DNA from: Candidatus Magasanikiibacteriota bacterium
GTDB lineage: Bacteria; Patescibacteriota; Patescibacteriia; Magasanikbacterales; 2-02-FULL-50-9b
Assembly: GCA_943355025.1 (NCBI GenBank)
Contig: CALRDW010000005.1
Coordinates: 244-64,243, forward strand
Length of the DNA: 64,000 nt
Reading direction: 5' to 3'
The notes below the pieces were generated by a model. It saw only the letters and a program-made list of their open reading frames with translations. It was not told where the DNA came from and made no database searches. Position numbers and translations under genes: made by a program. Positions 8,199 to 16,405 of this stretch are shown here, one piece after another. Positions within the stretch are counted from its first letter, which is position 1. Each line of letters starts with the position of its first letter.

Positions 8199-8352
8199 AA
8201 AATAAAAAATCCTGTGAATAATACAGGAAAGATTGCCGCATAATATCTTTCCCGTTGCCGGGCTGGATGTGGCACCTGTCGCGCACGCCGCATGCGTCGT
8301 CGATGGTTGCCGGTGGGTCAGTGAGCCAGTGCTCTCGCCACTCTCTAGATAA
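8199..8352 (-). promoter_or_regulatory. SAM-I (S-box) riboswitch with terminator expression platform in the metK leader
   Basis: Minus strand reads UAUCUAGAGAGUGGCGAGAGCACUGGCUCACUGACCCACCGGCAACC ... GGUGCCACAUCC ... GAAAGAUA, matching the S-box consensus including P1 UAUCU/AGAUA. An antiterminator ggaaagat/atctttcc and a terminator cctgtattattcacagg plus U-run follow. Confidence 0.8.
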
Positions 8353-8379
8353 TTACTTCTTTAATTGTCGGACCTAATT

Positions 8380-8407
8380 AGTATAGCACAAAAACTTTCT
8401 TGCGCAA
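8380..8407 (-). promoter_or_regulatory. promoter of the SAM riboswitch and metK transcript
   Basis: Minus strand reads TTGCGC, a 16-nt spacer, tgcTATACT (extended -10). Confidence 0.4.
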
Positions 8408-8433
8408 CTCTCTCATAAACTGATGTAACGAAA

Positions 8434-8465
8434 TTAAAAAACACGCGGCCCCGGGAAGCCGCGTG
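8434..8465 (-). terminator. rho-independent terminator of the VOC gene, likely bidirectional
   Basis: 8-bp stem cacgcggc/gccgcgtg with T-runs on both strands. Confidence 0.5.
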
Positions 8466-8479
8466 TTTTAATTCCACAT

Positions 8480-8890
8480 TTACATTTTTACCCCTGCCTC
8501 TGGCTGCATCAAACCAAACAAATTACCTTCTGTGTCCTTAAAATATCCCAAAAAGCCGACGCCTGCCATATCCATTTTTGGCATCTGCAGAGCGCCACCG
8601 CCCGCAAGAATCGCCGCAGCCGTTGCGTCATAATCAGCAACTTCCATTGTGCACACAAACGCGTTCGCCGATGTGCCCTCGGTCGGAGCTGGCGCATTGC
8701 GCTTCATCATACCGCCGTTAATTCCCTTTTCGCCGACCTTCGTCATGATCATAGTATATTCAAACGATCCGCCGTCCGGGCCATTCTCGCCTTTCCATAC
8801 AGAAAACTCCCACCCAAATACATCGCCATAAAACTTCTTCGCGCGCTCAAGATCATCTGCCATGATTTCAAAGTGAACAAGTGGGGTCAT
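8480..8890 (-). CDS. glyoxalase / bleomycin-resistance (VOC) family protein
   Basis: MTPLVHFEIMADDLERAKKFYGDVFGWEF. The start was moved to M31 of the listed ORF, because a hairpin plus T-run terminator and a TTGCGG-17-TATATT promoter sit inside the longer ORF. Confidence 0.6.
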   Translation of the reverse strand: MTPLVHFEIMADDLERAKKFYGDVFGWEFSVWKGENGPDGGSFEYTMIMTKVGEKGINGGMMKRNAPAPTEGTSANAFVCTMEVADYDATAAAILAGGGALQMPKMDMAGVGFLGYFKDTEGNLFGLMQPEAGVKM

Positions 8891-8906
8891 AAAAAGCGTA
8901 AAAATT

Positions 8907-8935
8907 AATATATTCCAGTGTATCTTAAACCGCAA
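8907..8935 (-). promoter_or_regulatory. promoter of the VOC gene
   Basis: TTGCGG, a 17-nt spacer, TATATT on the minus strand, 16 nt upstream of the ATG at 8890. Confidence 0.4.
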
Positions 8936-8975
8936 AATAAAAAAAGCCGTGCACGTTCCTAAAAAAATGCACGGC
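8936..8975 (-). terminator. terminator of the 9026..9598 gene
   Basis: gccgtgca..tgcacggc stem followed by ttttttt on the minus strand. Confidence 0.45.
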
Positions 8976-9025
8976 GCCATCGAACGGTCCCATCCAATGC
9001 CTCGCGCATGGATTGAGGTCTTCGA

Positions 9026-9598
9026 CTAGAACTGTTCAATTCGACGCAGTTTCTGTTCCGCGAGCCACTTTGCCGAAACAGGCCCTGGCTGTTCAGGCGC
9101 ACGAGCCGTCAAATCAGATATCTCCCCAAACAAATGGAATTGCCACTTGCCATACGACGAAAGATCCCCAGGCGGCTCCATCTGCGCTTCGAGAATACTA
9201 ACACACCGCAATGCTGTATCCGGATCATCATACACCGGCGACAGCGTCGGTTCCGCTTCGTCGACCCGCGCCCACAAATCATCGAACAAAAATGGCTCTG
9301 ACGGCTCCGTGGCGCGCACAAGCTGTATCATCTTTTGCAGACGAAACCCTTTCTGCGCGCGCTTCAGTGCTGCACGGCCATTATCGTCAAACCCGATTTG
9401 AAACCAACGTTCAAGTTGTGCCCACACTTTCCACTGCGAAAACGGAAAATACTTTTCTGGATCAATTCGCTTCCACGCAACAGAAAGCGTATCACGAGTC
9501 TTCGTGTTCGCAGCCATAACAATAAACAAGAGCAGATGCAGCAGGAGCAACATCTCAAACTGATTAAGCGCAACCTGTCTGCGCACACTTACGGTCAT
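9026..9598 (-). CDS. hypothetical protein with an N-terminal signal or TM segment
   Basis: GGAGGG RBS before the ATG. RR followed by the hydrophobic stretch LLLLHLLLFIVMAA. No family recognised. Confidence 0.45.
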   Translation of the reverse strand: MTVSVRRQVALNQFEMLLLLHLLLFIVMAANTKTRDTLSVAWKRIDPEKYFPFSQWKVWAQLERWFQIGFDDNGRAALKRAQKGFRLQKMIQLVRATEPSEPFLFDDLWARVDEAEPTLSPVYDDPDTALRCVSILEAQMEPPGDLSSYGKWQFHLFGEISDLTARAPEQPGPVSAKWLAEQKLRRIEQF

Positions 9599-9679
9599 GA
9601 CACCCTCCGAAATAACGTCCCGATATTGGGTGCCCCAAATTTACTCCCTCGCGGGTGTGACGTCAACCCCTACATACTT

Positions 9680-10291
9680 TTATTGTGCGGCTGGCTGTAA
9701 CCCAACAAATTGAAGTGTGATACCGTCAATTAATTTTTTAACCGCAGCAACAGGATCTTTAACAACGCTCGTATCATAATTATAAATACCCCGCAGTTCA
9801 AATGCGCCCCCACTGCTTGCTGTTCCCACAAATTTTATCATGAGCATACGTGGATTATCATTAATACCCTTAAACCCAAGCTGCTCCCACATTTTCGCGT
9901 CTTTCGCAAATGTGCGAATTGTATACGTAGTAAACGGATCGGCTTTCCTATATGCTTCGGTCCCTGTTTGAATAAACCCAACACCGTCATCGCTTGGTGC
10001 ATCAGTGCGAATCATAAATTCTGCGCTTTTATCCGCAGGCTCAATATCAAACACAATAGACTTATCAACATCCGCGCCATTCGCAACCGCTGACCAACCG
10101 TTTGGTGTTGCCAAAGAAATTGTACGGCCCAATGTCGCAGTGTGTGGAACCGAAAGTTCCGCCAGTTTTTGAATTGCCCGCGCGCGTGCGGCCGCAACAG
10201 CTGCGAGATCAGCATTTGAGGTTCTACTGCAACCAGGGCCTAATAATAAAATAGTTGCGCTACAAATAATAATTTTCGTTCTGAGTAACAT
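9680..10291 (-). CDS. putative secreted protein or lipoprotein
   Basis: N-terminal hydrophobic segment ending LLGPGCS (non-canonical lipobox). No family recognised. Confidence 0.4.
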   Translation of the reverse strand: MLLRTKIIICSATILLLGPGCSRTSNADLAAVAAARARAIQKLAELSVPHTATLGRTISLATPNGWSAVANGADVDKSIVFDIEPADKSAEFMIRTDAPSDDGVGFIQTGTEAYRKADPFTTYTIRTFAKDAKMWEQLGFKGINDNPRMLMIKFVGTASSGGAFELRGIYNYDTSVVKDPVAAVKKLIDGITLQFVGLQPAAQ

Positions 10292-10337
10292 AAAAAAATC
10301 AGTTAAGTAGCCGGATTATACCACCACACACGAATTA

Positions 10338-10372
10338 AATAAAAACACCCGCCACACAGCGAGTGTTTTTAT
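10338..10372 (-). terminator. terminator after the 10390..10896 gene
   Basis: acactcgc/gcgggtgt stem with a T-run on the minus strand. Confidence 0.4.
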
Positions 10373-10389
10373 TTAATTATTTGAATGAA

Positions 10390-10896
10390 CTATTTCAAGA
10401 GTGCGTCTTTGACTTTTGAAACGGTTGCCTGATCTGCGTCCTTAAAGATAAGCTCGATTTCGTTTACTGATGCGTCGCCAAGACCACGAACAAATGAGTT
10501 CTGGTAGTTTGCGTCAGCTACTTTTACCACGTTATCAAATTGACCTGACATTTTTGCCATTACGATACCGCCACGACCATCTTTCGCGTCAACGACTGAA
10601 ACAATTACGCCTGAGCCCGTGATTTTGAATTCAGTAATTGCGGCAATTGCATCTTCAACACCGGTAAATAATGCTGTTCCTGCTGCTGTTTTGTCCTTCA
10701 TGGTGAAGGCAATGCCTGCTGCGGCAAGCTTTGCGCTAACCATTTCAGCACCGGTCTGTGCGGCTGCTGCAGGAGCTGCGGCCTGTTCGGTAGGCGCTGC
10801 ACCAGGCGCAGTTGCTACTGACTTTGCTGCTCCACATCCTGCACCGATGAGTGAAAATGAAACGAGAGCGATCGAGAGTTTTGTAAAATTTTTCAT
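10390..10896 (-). CDS. putative lipoprotein (Ala-rich linker plus C-terminal domain)
   Basis: MKNFTKLSIALVSFSLIGAGCG signal with a lipobox-like IGAGC. Confidence 0.4.
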   Translation of the reverse strand: MKNFTKLSIALVSFSLIGAGCGAAKSVATAPGAAPTEQAAAPAAAAQTGAEMVSAKLAAAGIAFTMKDKTAAGTALFTGVEDAIAAITEFKITGSGVIVSVVDAKDGRGGIVMAKMSGQFDNVVKVADANYQNSFVRGLGDASVNEIELIFKDADQATVSKVKDALLK

Positions 10897-10951
10897 ATGC
10901 ACAAAATTATATCACACCCATGAAATAATTCAATCTATGTGTCAAGCCCTT

Positions 10952-12556
10952 TTAACTCCCCCCGCCATATTTTTCGTAAAAAGTATTTGTAAACAGCTCG
11001 GTCGGATCCATTTTTTTCTTTGCGGCAAAAAACGAATCAATATTCGGATATGCTGCATGCAATTCTGCCGGCGTATACACTAATTGATACGGCAAATAAA
11101 ACGATCCGCCAAGATTTGTCGCTGCATCAATTAAATCCGTTGTGGTTTTTTTCAAAATTTCAGAATCGCGCGTTGTAAACTTCTGATTAAAATATAATAC
11201 GAATGCAAACCGCTCTCCCGGCGCATACGGCAGCGCCGTAATTGTGTCTGCGTGCACGATTCGAATTGTTACGTTAAGCAAATTCGCATCATTTTTTATC
11301 ACAGTCGTACGCAGTGCATCGACGAATGCCGCCATCTTGTCCGGCGGAATAAAATATTCCTGCAAAATATCCGTGTCTGGTAAACGATTTTTTAAATATC
11401 TCATCGAGTCGTACATTTCTTGGTTGCGCGAAACAATGCACACCTCTTTTTGACTCATTGCTGCGTTGCGCGTCATGCAAGACCGAAGACGTGGCAAAGC
11501 AAATTTTTCTAAATTCCACCGCACCCATCGTCCAATCTTACCGGTCTTCGAAAAATTAATCACAAATCGTGCGAGCGCATCATGCACATCCGGCTGCAGT
11601 GGCGGCAATACCTCGGCCGAATTTATTTTTTCGTATGTGTGCACGGCGGTCTCGCGCAAAAAAGATGTTGGCGAAACTGACAAACGCGCATAAAATAAAC
11701 CGATATTTTTATTCCCCGGAATATTCTTCGCATAATATTCCGGAAACGATTTATAATCCGTGTAGTCAGTTTTGACTTCATATAATTCATTCGGGACAAC
11801 CTCAATCTGCGCGTCCAAAATTACGCCGAACAGACCATACCCGCCGAGCGCGTGAGCAAATAAATCAGAATTTTCCGTCGGACTTGCGATTTTAATTTCG
11901 CCAGTTGCTGTCATGATGCGTAGTGATTTTACCGTCGAAGCAACCTGTCCTGGATCGTGCGCGATGCCGTGTGCGTTAACACTCAAACTTCCACCAACAG
12001 TAAAAATATTTATTGATTGCATCGCTTTGACCGACAAACCGCGCGCATCCAAAAATTTCTGAATCTCCACCCACTTTGCGCCTGAACCAACAGTCAAAAT
12101 TTTTCCGTGCGCATCCACATTTATTTCATTCATCGCTCGCATGTCGAGCACAAGTCCATTTTTAACAAATGAGTGCCCGCCCATGCTGTGTCGCTCGCCC
12201 GCGCTCGTAACTTTTAAATTGTTTTCGCGTGCATATGCAAGCGCGTGCCGCACATCTTCTGTATTCGAAATTTTTACAATTCCATGCACTGCGGTTTTGT
12301 TGAGGCAGCTCGCATCATTAATAATGCCGCCACGCTGTTCAAATTCAAGGATGTATGAAGAATCTGGATGTTGAACAACGCGAATTATCGTCGGCTTTGT
12401 TTGATCAACGCTTTCGGGAAAAATAAAATCGCACGCCTTGGACGTCGTCGGCGCGGCACTTAAATCAAAAATCTTTTTGACGCAGAGCACCGCAAATAAA
12501 ATTGCCATGCAATACACTGCGTATCGTTTGCGCAGCGATGATTTTTGCTTTGACAT
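10952..12556 (-). CDS. membrane-anchored FAD-binding oxidoreductase (FAD_binding_4; GulO/ALO- or DprE1-like)
   Basis: VHGIVKISNTEDVRHALAYARENNLKVTSAGERHSMGGHSF. The start was set at MSKQKS (M300 of the 833-aa six-frame ORF), because the first 299 codons are antisense to the PRTase gene. Confidence 0.6.
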   Translation of the reverse strand: MSKQKSSLRKRYAVYCMAILFAVLCVKKIFDLSAAPTTSKACDFIFPESVDQTKPTIIRVVQHPDSSYILEFEQRGGIINDASCLNKTAVHGIVKISNTEDVRHALAYARENNLKVTSAGERHSMGGHSFVKNGLVLDMRAMNEINVDAHGKILTVGSGAKWVEIQKFLDARGLSVKAMQSINIFTVGGSLSVNAHGIAHDPGQVASTVKSLRIMTATGEIKIASPTENSDLFAHALGGYGLFGVILDAQIEVVPNELYEVKTDYTDYKSFPEYYAKNIPGNKNIGLFYARLSVSPTSFLRETAVHTYEKINSAEVLPPLQPDVHDALARFVINFSKTGKIGRWVRWNLEKFALPRLRSCMTRNAAMSQKEVCIVSRNQEMYDSMRYLKNRLPDTDILQEYFIPPDKMAAFVDALRTTVIKNDANLLNVTIRIVHADTITALPYAPGERFAFVLYFNQKFTTRDSEILKKTTTDLIDAATNLGGSFYLPYQLVYTPAELHAAYPNIDSFFAAKKKMDPTELFTNTFYEKYGGGS

Positions 12557-12673
12557 AAAAAATTGTATCGAAAGTATAGCACAAACAGACCCTTGACAAA
12601 TCAGCTCCGAGCGTACACACTTCAGACCAGGCAAGCCCCTTAACATTCGCCCCCCCCACCACAGGAGTCCTCC

Positions 12674-13426
12674 ATGAACCTCCAACGCATTCCGATTCTG
12701 GAGCAAATCAAAAACGAGGCCCGCACTCGGGAAATCCTTACGAGCTGCGGCGCCATTCATATAAATGAACACTTCGTTTATACGAGTGGCCTGCACGGAT
12801 CGGCGTTCATCGATAAAGCAGCGATCGTGCCAAACCCCCTGCTGTTCGATGAACTCGCCGCATTCATCGCTGCCGAAACGCGACACATGTTGCCTGAAGT
12901 TGTTCTCGGCGCCGCAGTTGTTGGTGCAATGCTCGCCATGCCCGTTGGACGACACCTGCACACGCAGATAAACCACCCAGCGTGCTCGCCGCGTGTCATA
13001 TTCGCGGACAAAGAAATCTATCATCCGCGCGACGAGCACGGCAACCTCTTTTTTGACAACAGTGGCGAGCCACGCATCGAAGAGCGCCTCGTCATCAAAC
13101 GCGGCTACAGCCCAATGCTCCGTGGCAAAGCAGTGCTCATTGTTGAAGACATAATCAACACGGGCAAAACCGTTCACACGCTTATGAACCTTGCTCGGAA
13201 TGCTGGCGCTCGTGTGATTGGCATCGCGGCACTCTGCAATCGTGGCCCCTGTACAGCCGCTGATTTTGGAGGCGAACCACTCGTTCTCACCTCGCTCGTG
13301 CAGCTTAAAATGGACGTGTACGATCCAAAAATTGGAGTATGTCCTTTGTGCCACGCGGGCATCCCAATTAATGAAGAGCTCGGCCACGGAAAAGAATATA
13401 TGGAACACCGGCGCCGAGTCGCATAA
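12674..13426 (+). CDS. type I phosphoribosyltransferase, OPRTase-like
   Basis: PRPP-binding motif AVLIVEDIINTGKTV. AGGAG RBS. Followed by a terminator. Confidence 0.55.
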   Translation: MNLQRIPILEQIKNEARTREILTSCGAIHINEHFVYTSGLHGSAFIDKAAIVPNPLLFDELAAFIAAETRHMLPEVVLGAAVVGAMLAMPVGRHLHTQINHPACSPRVIFADKEIYHPRDEHGNLFFDNSGEPRIEERLVIKRGYSPMLRGKAVLIVEDIINTGKTVHTLMNLARNAGARVIGIAALCNRGPCTAADFGGEPLVLTSLVQLKMDVYDPKIGVCPLCHAGIPINEELGHGKEYMEHRRRVA

Positions 13427-13466
13427 CGCGTGCCGCCGCCTGTTCAATCGCACCCAGCCCTAGAAA

Positions 13467-13502
13467 CCCGACAGCACCCACTGCTCTCGGGTCTTTTTTT
13501 AA
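13467..13502 (+). terminator. rho-independent terminator
   Basis: cccgacagc/gctctcggg stem followed by tcttttttt. Confidence 0.5.
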
Positions 13503-13533
13503 CCAAAAAATATCCCACGCCTTCGAAAGACGC

Positions 13534-13562
13534 TTGACAAACGAGCCGTTTTTTGCTATAAA
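13534..13562 (+). promoter_or_regulatory. sigma70-like promoter
   Basis: TTGACA, a 17-nt spacer, TATAAA, then a GGAGAG RBS and the ATG at 13602. Confidence 0.45.
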
Positions 13563-13601
13563 AATAGAAGCCGATCCTACATTTCCGGCTGGAGAGAATT
13601 C

Positions 13602-14405
13602 ATGTGCTTACACACAGAGATAGCACCGGCAGCGATTCCTCTTTTGCTCAAACCGTGGCTCGATATTATCGACGCGGAAGAAAAAGAACGTGACGAAATT
13701 CTTACTGAAGTCGAGAGTCTCAGTGAGCTCAAACTGTCGGGCGAGGATTGGATTCGAAACTCGATCATTACGCTGGCCATTGAAAATGTGGCTGACAGAA
13801 TCACATCAACAGATGTGCCGAATTCGGAGGTATTTCTCACCCTTGCTGATCTCGATGCAGCGCTCGTTGAAAATTCACTACTGTTCACAACAAAAATTAA
13901 GCTTGAAAAAAAACCCGACATGGCGCGCCGCCTTGCAAGGGTTAGTGCTACAAGCAGAATTTTGCGCCTGCAGTTGTCCTTCATACTCCGACACGTGCGC
14001 CGCCTCGCAAGAACCTACGGTGAGATTCGTGCATTGCTTGAGCACATGACGAATGAAGCAGCGTCATGCGACTCAGATCCGCTGGCCCTCATCAAACAAA
14101 GCCCTGCTTTTTGGCAGCACATCTTACGGCTCTCTTTCTCGCGCGAAACCTATCGTCGGCGCCTTCTCGAGCACATTTCAGAACATGACAACGACCTCAT
14201 TACAAAAGTGATCGTTCGGTCTGCTGCTATTCTCAACGAGATTCGTGAGCCGGGCGCACAAGCTCTAAACCCAGATCCAAACACAACCAAAGAGCTGCTA
14301 AGTGCGTACATGTCGGCCATTCCGGTGCTTATCCAATGGGTCGACAAACGCACGGCCGATATCTATGGTTCGTCAGAGCAACTTGTTGACGTCTCGCGCA
14401 AATAA
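13602..14405 (+). CDS. hypothetical protein (267 aa, helical)
   Basis: Promoter, RBS, ORF and terminator are arranged consistently. No family recognised. Confidence 0.45.
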   Translation: MCLHTEIAPAAIPLLLKPWLDIIDAEEKERDEILTEVESLSELKLSGEDWIRNSIITLAIENVADRITSTDVPNSEVFLTLADLDAALVENSLLFTTKIKLEKKPDMARRLARVSATSRILRLQLSFILRHVRRLARTYGEIRALLEHMTNEAASCDSDPLALIKQSPAFWQHILRLSFSRETYRRRLLEHISEHDNDLITKVIVRSAAILNEIREPGAQALNPDPNTTKELLSAYMSAIPVLIQWVDKRTADIYGSSEQLVDVSRK

Positions 14406-14441
14406 CATCAGAAGATTTACTGTCAACCCAGTTAAATCTGG

Positions 14442-14476
14442 CCGCTTGCACGTACTCTGCAGGCGGTTTTTTATTT
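14442..14476 (+). terminator. rho-independent terminator
   Basis: ccgcttgca/tgcaggcgg stem followed by ttttttattt. Confidence 0.5.
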
Positions 14477-14512
14477 GCACAATCCGCCTTCGACCAATGG
14501 AATGCCTCAAAT

Positions 14513-14541
14513 TTGACAAATTACAGTCCTTTTGATAGACT
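14513..14541 (+). promoter_or_regulatory. promoter of rplU
   Basis: TTGACA, a 17-nt spacer, TAGACT. Confidence 0.35.
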
Positions 14542-14563
14542 CCGTACATCTTTTTCGAAATCT

Positions 14564-14878
14564 ATGATCGCAATCGTTGAAACAGGTGGCAAGCAATTCA
14601 TTGTGAGCCCAAACACAAAAATTCAGGCTGAAAAGCTCACAGGTGACGCGGGTGAAACAATTACCTTTGATAAGGTGCTTTTAGTTGCCGAGGAAGACGG
14701 CGCCGACCTTAAAATTGGCACGCCTGAGGTAACTGCAAAAATTGCAGCAACGGTATCGCGCCAGTTCCGCACCCGCAAAATTATGGTGCGCAAATTTAAG
14801 AACAAAGTTCGCTACCACCGCACAGCCGGACATCGCCAGCACAAGACCGAAATCAAAATTGAATCGGTTACTGCATAA
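14564..14878 (+). CDS. rplU: 50S ribosomal protein L21
   Basis: MIAIVETGGKQF...HRQHKTEIKI. The start was set at M18 of the listed ORF. Confidence 0.85.
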   Translation: MIAIVETGGKQFIVSPNTKIQAEKLTGDAGETITFDKVLLVAEEDGADLKIGTPEVTAKIAATVSRQFRTRKIMVRKFKNKVRYHRTAGHRQHKTEIKIESVTA

Positions 14879-14887
14879 TTGCAGCAC

Positions 14888-15367
14888 TCACTTCTCAACA
14901 ATTTGAACTGCATCCCCGATCTTGATCCCAAGACGGTCTGCTGTTCCCGCAACTACTTCGACTACCCGACTGGCGGGTAGTCTTGGTGCATATTTTGGTA
15001 AATCAACATCTTGAAGACCGATTCCCGGCGGGACACGCGGCGCGATATCAATTATTTTTCCATTTTGGACCCAAATAATATCAAGCGCGTAGTTCATGTC
15101 TTTCATCCAAAAAACGTACTGCCGCGCGCTATCAAATTTAAAAACCATCGCCTCATTTTTGCCGAGGCTGTCTGTTCCTGAAAGTCCTTTTTCGCGCTGC
15201 GCACCCGACGATGCAACGCGCGCAGAAAATTCTTGTCCTCCCATCCGAACCGTTGCAACGCTATACAGTCGAACAGCAATCGTTTTGCCAATAAGTCCAA
15301 CGACAAACAAACACGCAAAAATTATTACTATGATGCGTGGTGGATTTGATGATTTGATCAAAGCCAT
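14888..15367 (-). CDS. DUF192 (COG1430) domain protein with an N-terminal TM anchor
   Basis: MVFKFDSARQYVFWMKDMNYALDIIWV motif. Confidence 0.55.
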   Translation of the reverse strand: MALIKSSNPPRIIVIIFACLFVVGLIGKTIAVRLYSVATVRMGGQEFSARVASSGAQREKGLSGTDSLGKNEAMVFKFDSARQYVFWMKDMNYALDIIWVQNGKIIDIAPRVPPGIGLQDVDLPKYAPRLPASRVVEVVAGTADRLGIKIGDAVQIVEK

Positions 15368-15372
15368 ATTTT

Positions 15373-16404
15373 TTATCGGCGCAACCGAGCTTCAAGAATT
15401 ATCGATGTCATGAGCGTGCACAGCAATAAACCTATAAGAACGATGAGTTTCCCCGTGCTTTGTAAAATGAGTGCGGTTAGACCGGCAAAAAAACCGACAG
15501 CATAATAACTGAGCACAGCAGCCCTATGACTCAGGCCGCTGCGGAGTAACAAATAGTGAAAGTGAGACTGGTCGCCTCTAAAAATTGATTGCCGTGTTAC
15601 TGCGCGAACAATCATGACGCGCACAACGTCGAACACGGGGAGACCCATGACTAAAAGTGTTGTTGCGATTTTACTGCCACTGAGAATTGCAAGAATGCCA
15701 AGAAAAAAACCGAGAAATAACGAACCGCCTTCGCCGAGAAAGGCGCGTGCAGGATGAAAATTATAGATGAGAAATCCAAGACACGCGCCCGCAAAAATCG
15801 CCGCAAGAAATCCGATGCGCGGTTCGTAATAGCGCGTTGTCGCAGTAAACGCGACGATCATAAGTCCCCCAATCGCGGAAAGTCCGGTCGATAACCCATC
15901 GAGTCCGTCAAGTAATTTTGTTCCGTACATCATCGCCATGAGCCACACAAAGGTCAGTACGGCAGGCAGCCACCACACAGCACCAAACTCAAGAACACCA
16001 CCGTGTGGATTTGTAACTCGAGCAACAACGATTCCCGACCACACGACAAGCAATGACGCGAGCGTTGGTGCGATAAGTTGTACGGGTGCAGGTAGTTGGC
16101 GTTTGTCGTCAAGCGCGCCGCCAATCATGAGGAGAAGTGTCGCGGCCGCGAGCGCGAGCCACTTGCGAATAGAAAGCGCTGGCATTAATTCGGGAAACGT
16201 GTGGGCGACAACGAGCAATACTGCAGACAGCGTGAGCGGAATTACTATGCCACCACCAAGAACAATTGGACGTGCGTGCACTTTTCTAGAGGCTGCCCGT
16301 GGATCATCGATAAAACCATGTGATCTGAGCAGCGGCAACACGCCAAGCGCACCGAGCGCCGAGCATGCAAACGCCGCAATTCCTGCAAAAATCGTGCTGA
16401 GCAT
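15373..16404 (-). CDS. glycosyltransferase family 4 polyprenyl-phosphate sugar-1-phosphate transferase (MraY/WecA-like)
   Basis: DDPRAASRKVHARPIVLGGG and VFDVVRV...GDQSHFHYLLL motifs. ATG at 16404, one nt after the Clp stop. Confidence 0.65.
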   Translation of the reverse strand: MLSTIFAGIAAFACSALGALGVLPLLRSHGFIDDPRAASRKVHARPIVLGGGIVIPLTLSAVLLVVAHTFPELMPALSIRKWLALAAATLLLMIGGALDDKRQLPAPVQLIAPTLASLLVVWSGIVVARVTNPHGGVLEFGAVWWLPAVLTFVWLMAMMYGTKLLDGLDGLSTGLSAIGGLMIVAFTATTRYYEPRIGFLAAIFAGACLGFLIYNFHPARAFLGEGGSLFLGFFLGILAILSGSKIATTLLVMGLPVFDVVRVMIVRAVTRQSIFRGDQSHFHYLLLRSGLSHRAAVLSYYAVGFFAGLTALILQSTGKLIVLIGLLLCTLMTSIILEARLRR

Positions 16405-16405
16405 A

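Noticed and set aside
10952-13453. 833-aa six-frame ORF fusing an N-terminal 299-aa extension to the FAD oxidase
   Set aside because: The extension is antisense to the well-supported PRTase gene (12674..13426) and has no protein-like features. The oxidase starts at MSKQKS (12556).

Similar spurious N-terminal extensions were trimmed elsewhere by homology to known N-termini:

- 19805..21028 (rsmH).
- 22553..24730 (AAA+).
- 34730..37456 (uvrA).
- 32310.. and 33508.. (pyrD, pyrC).
- 37238.. (MFS).
- 43064.. and 46234.. (lepA).
- 14513.. (rplU).
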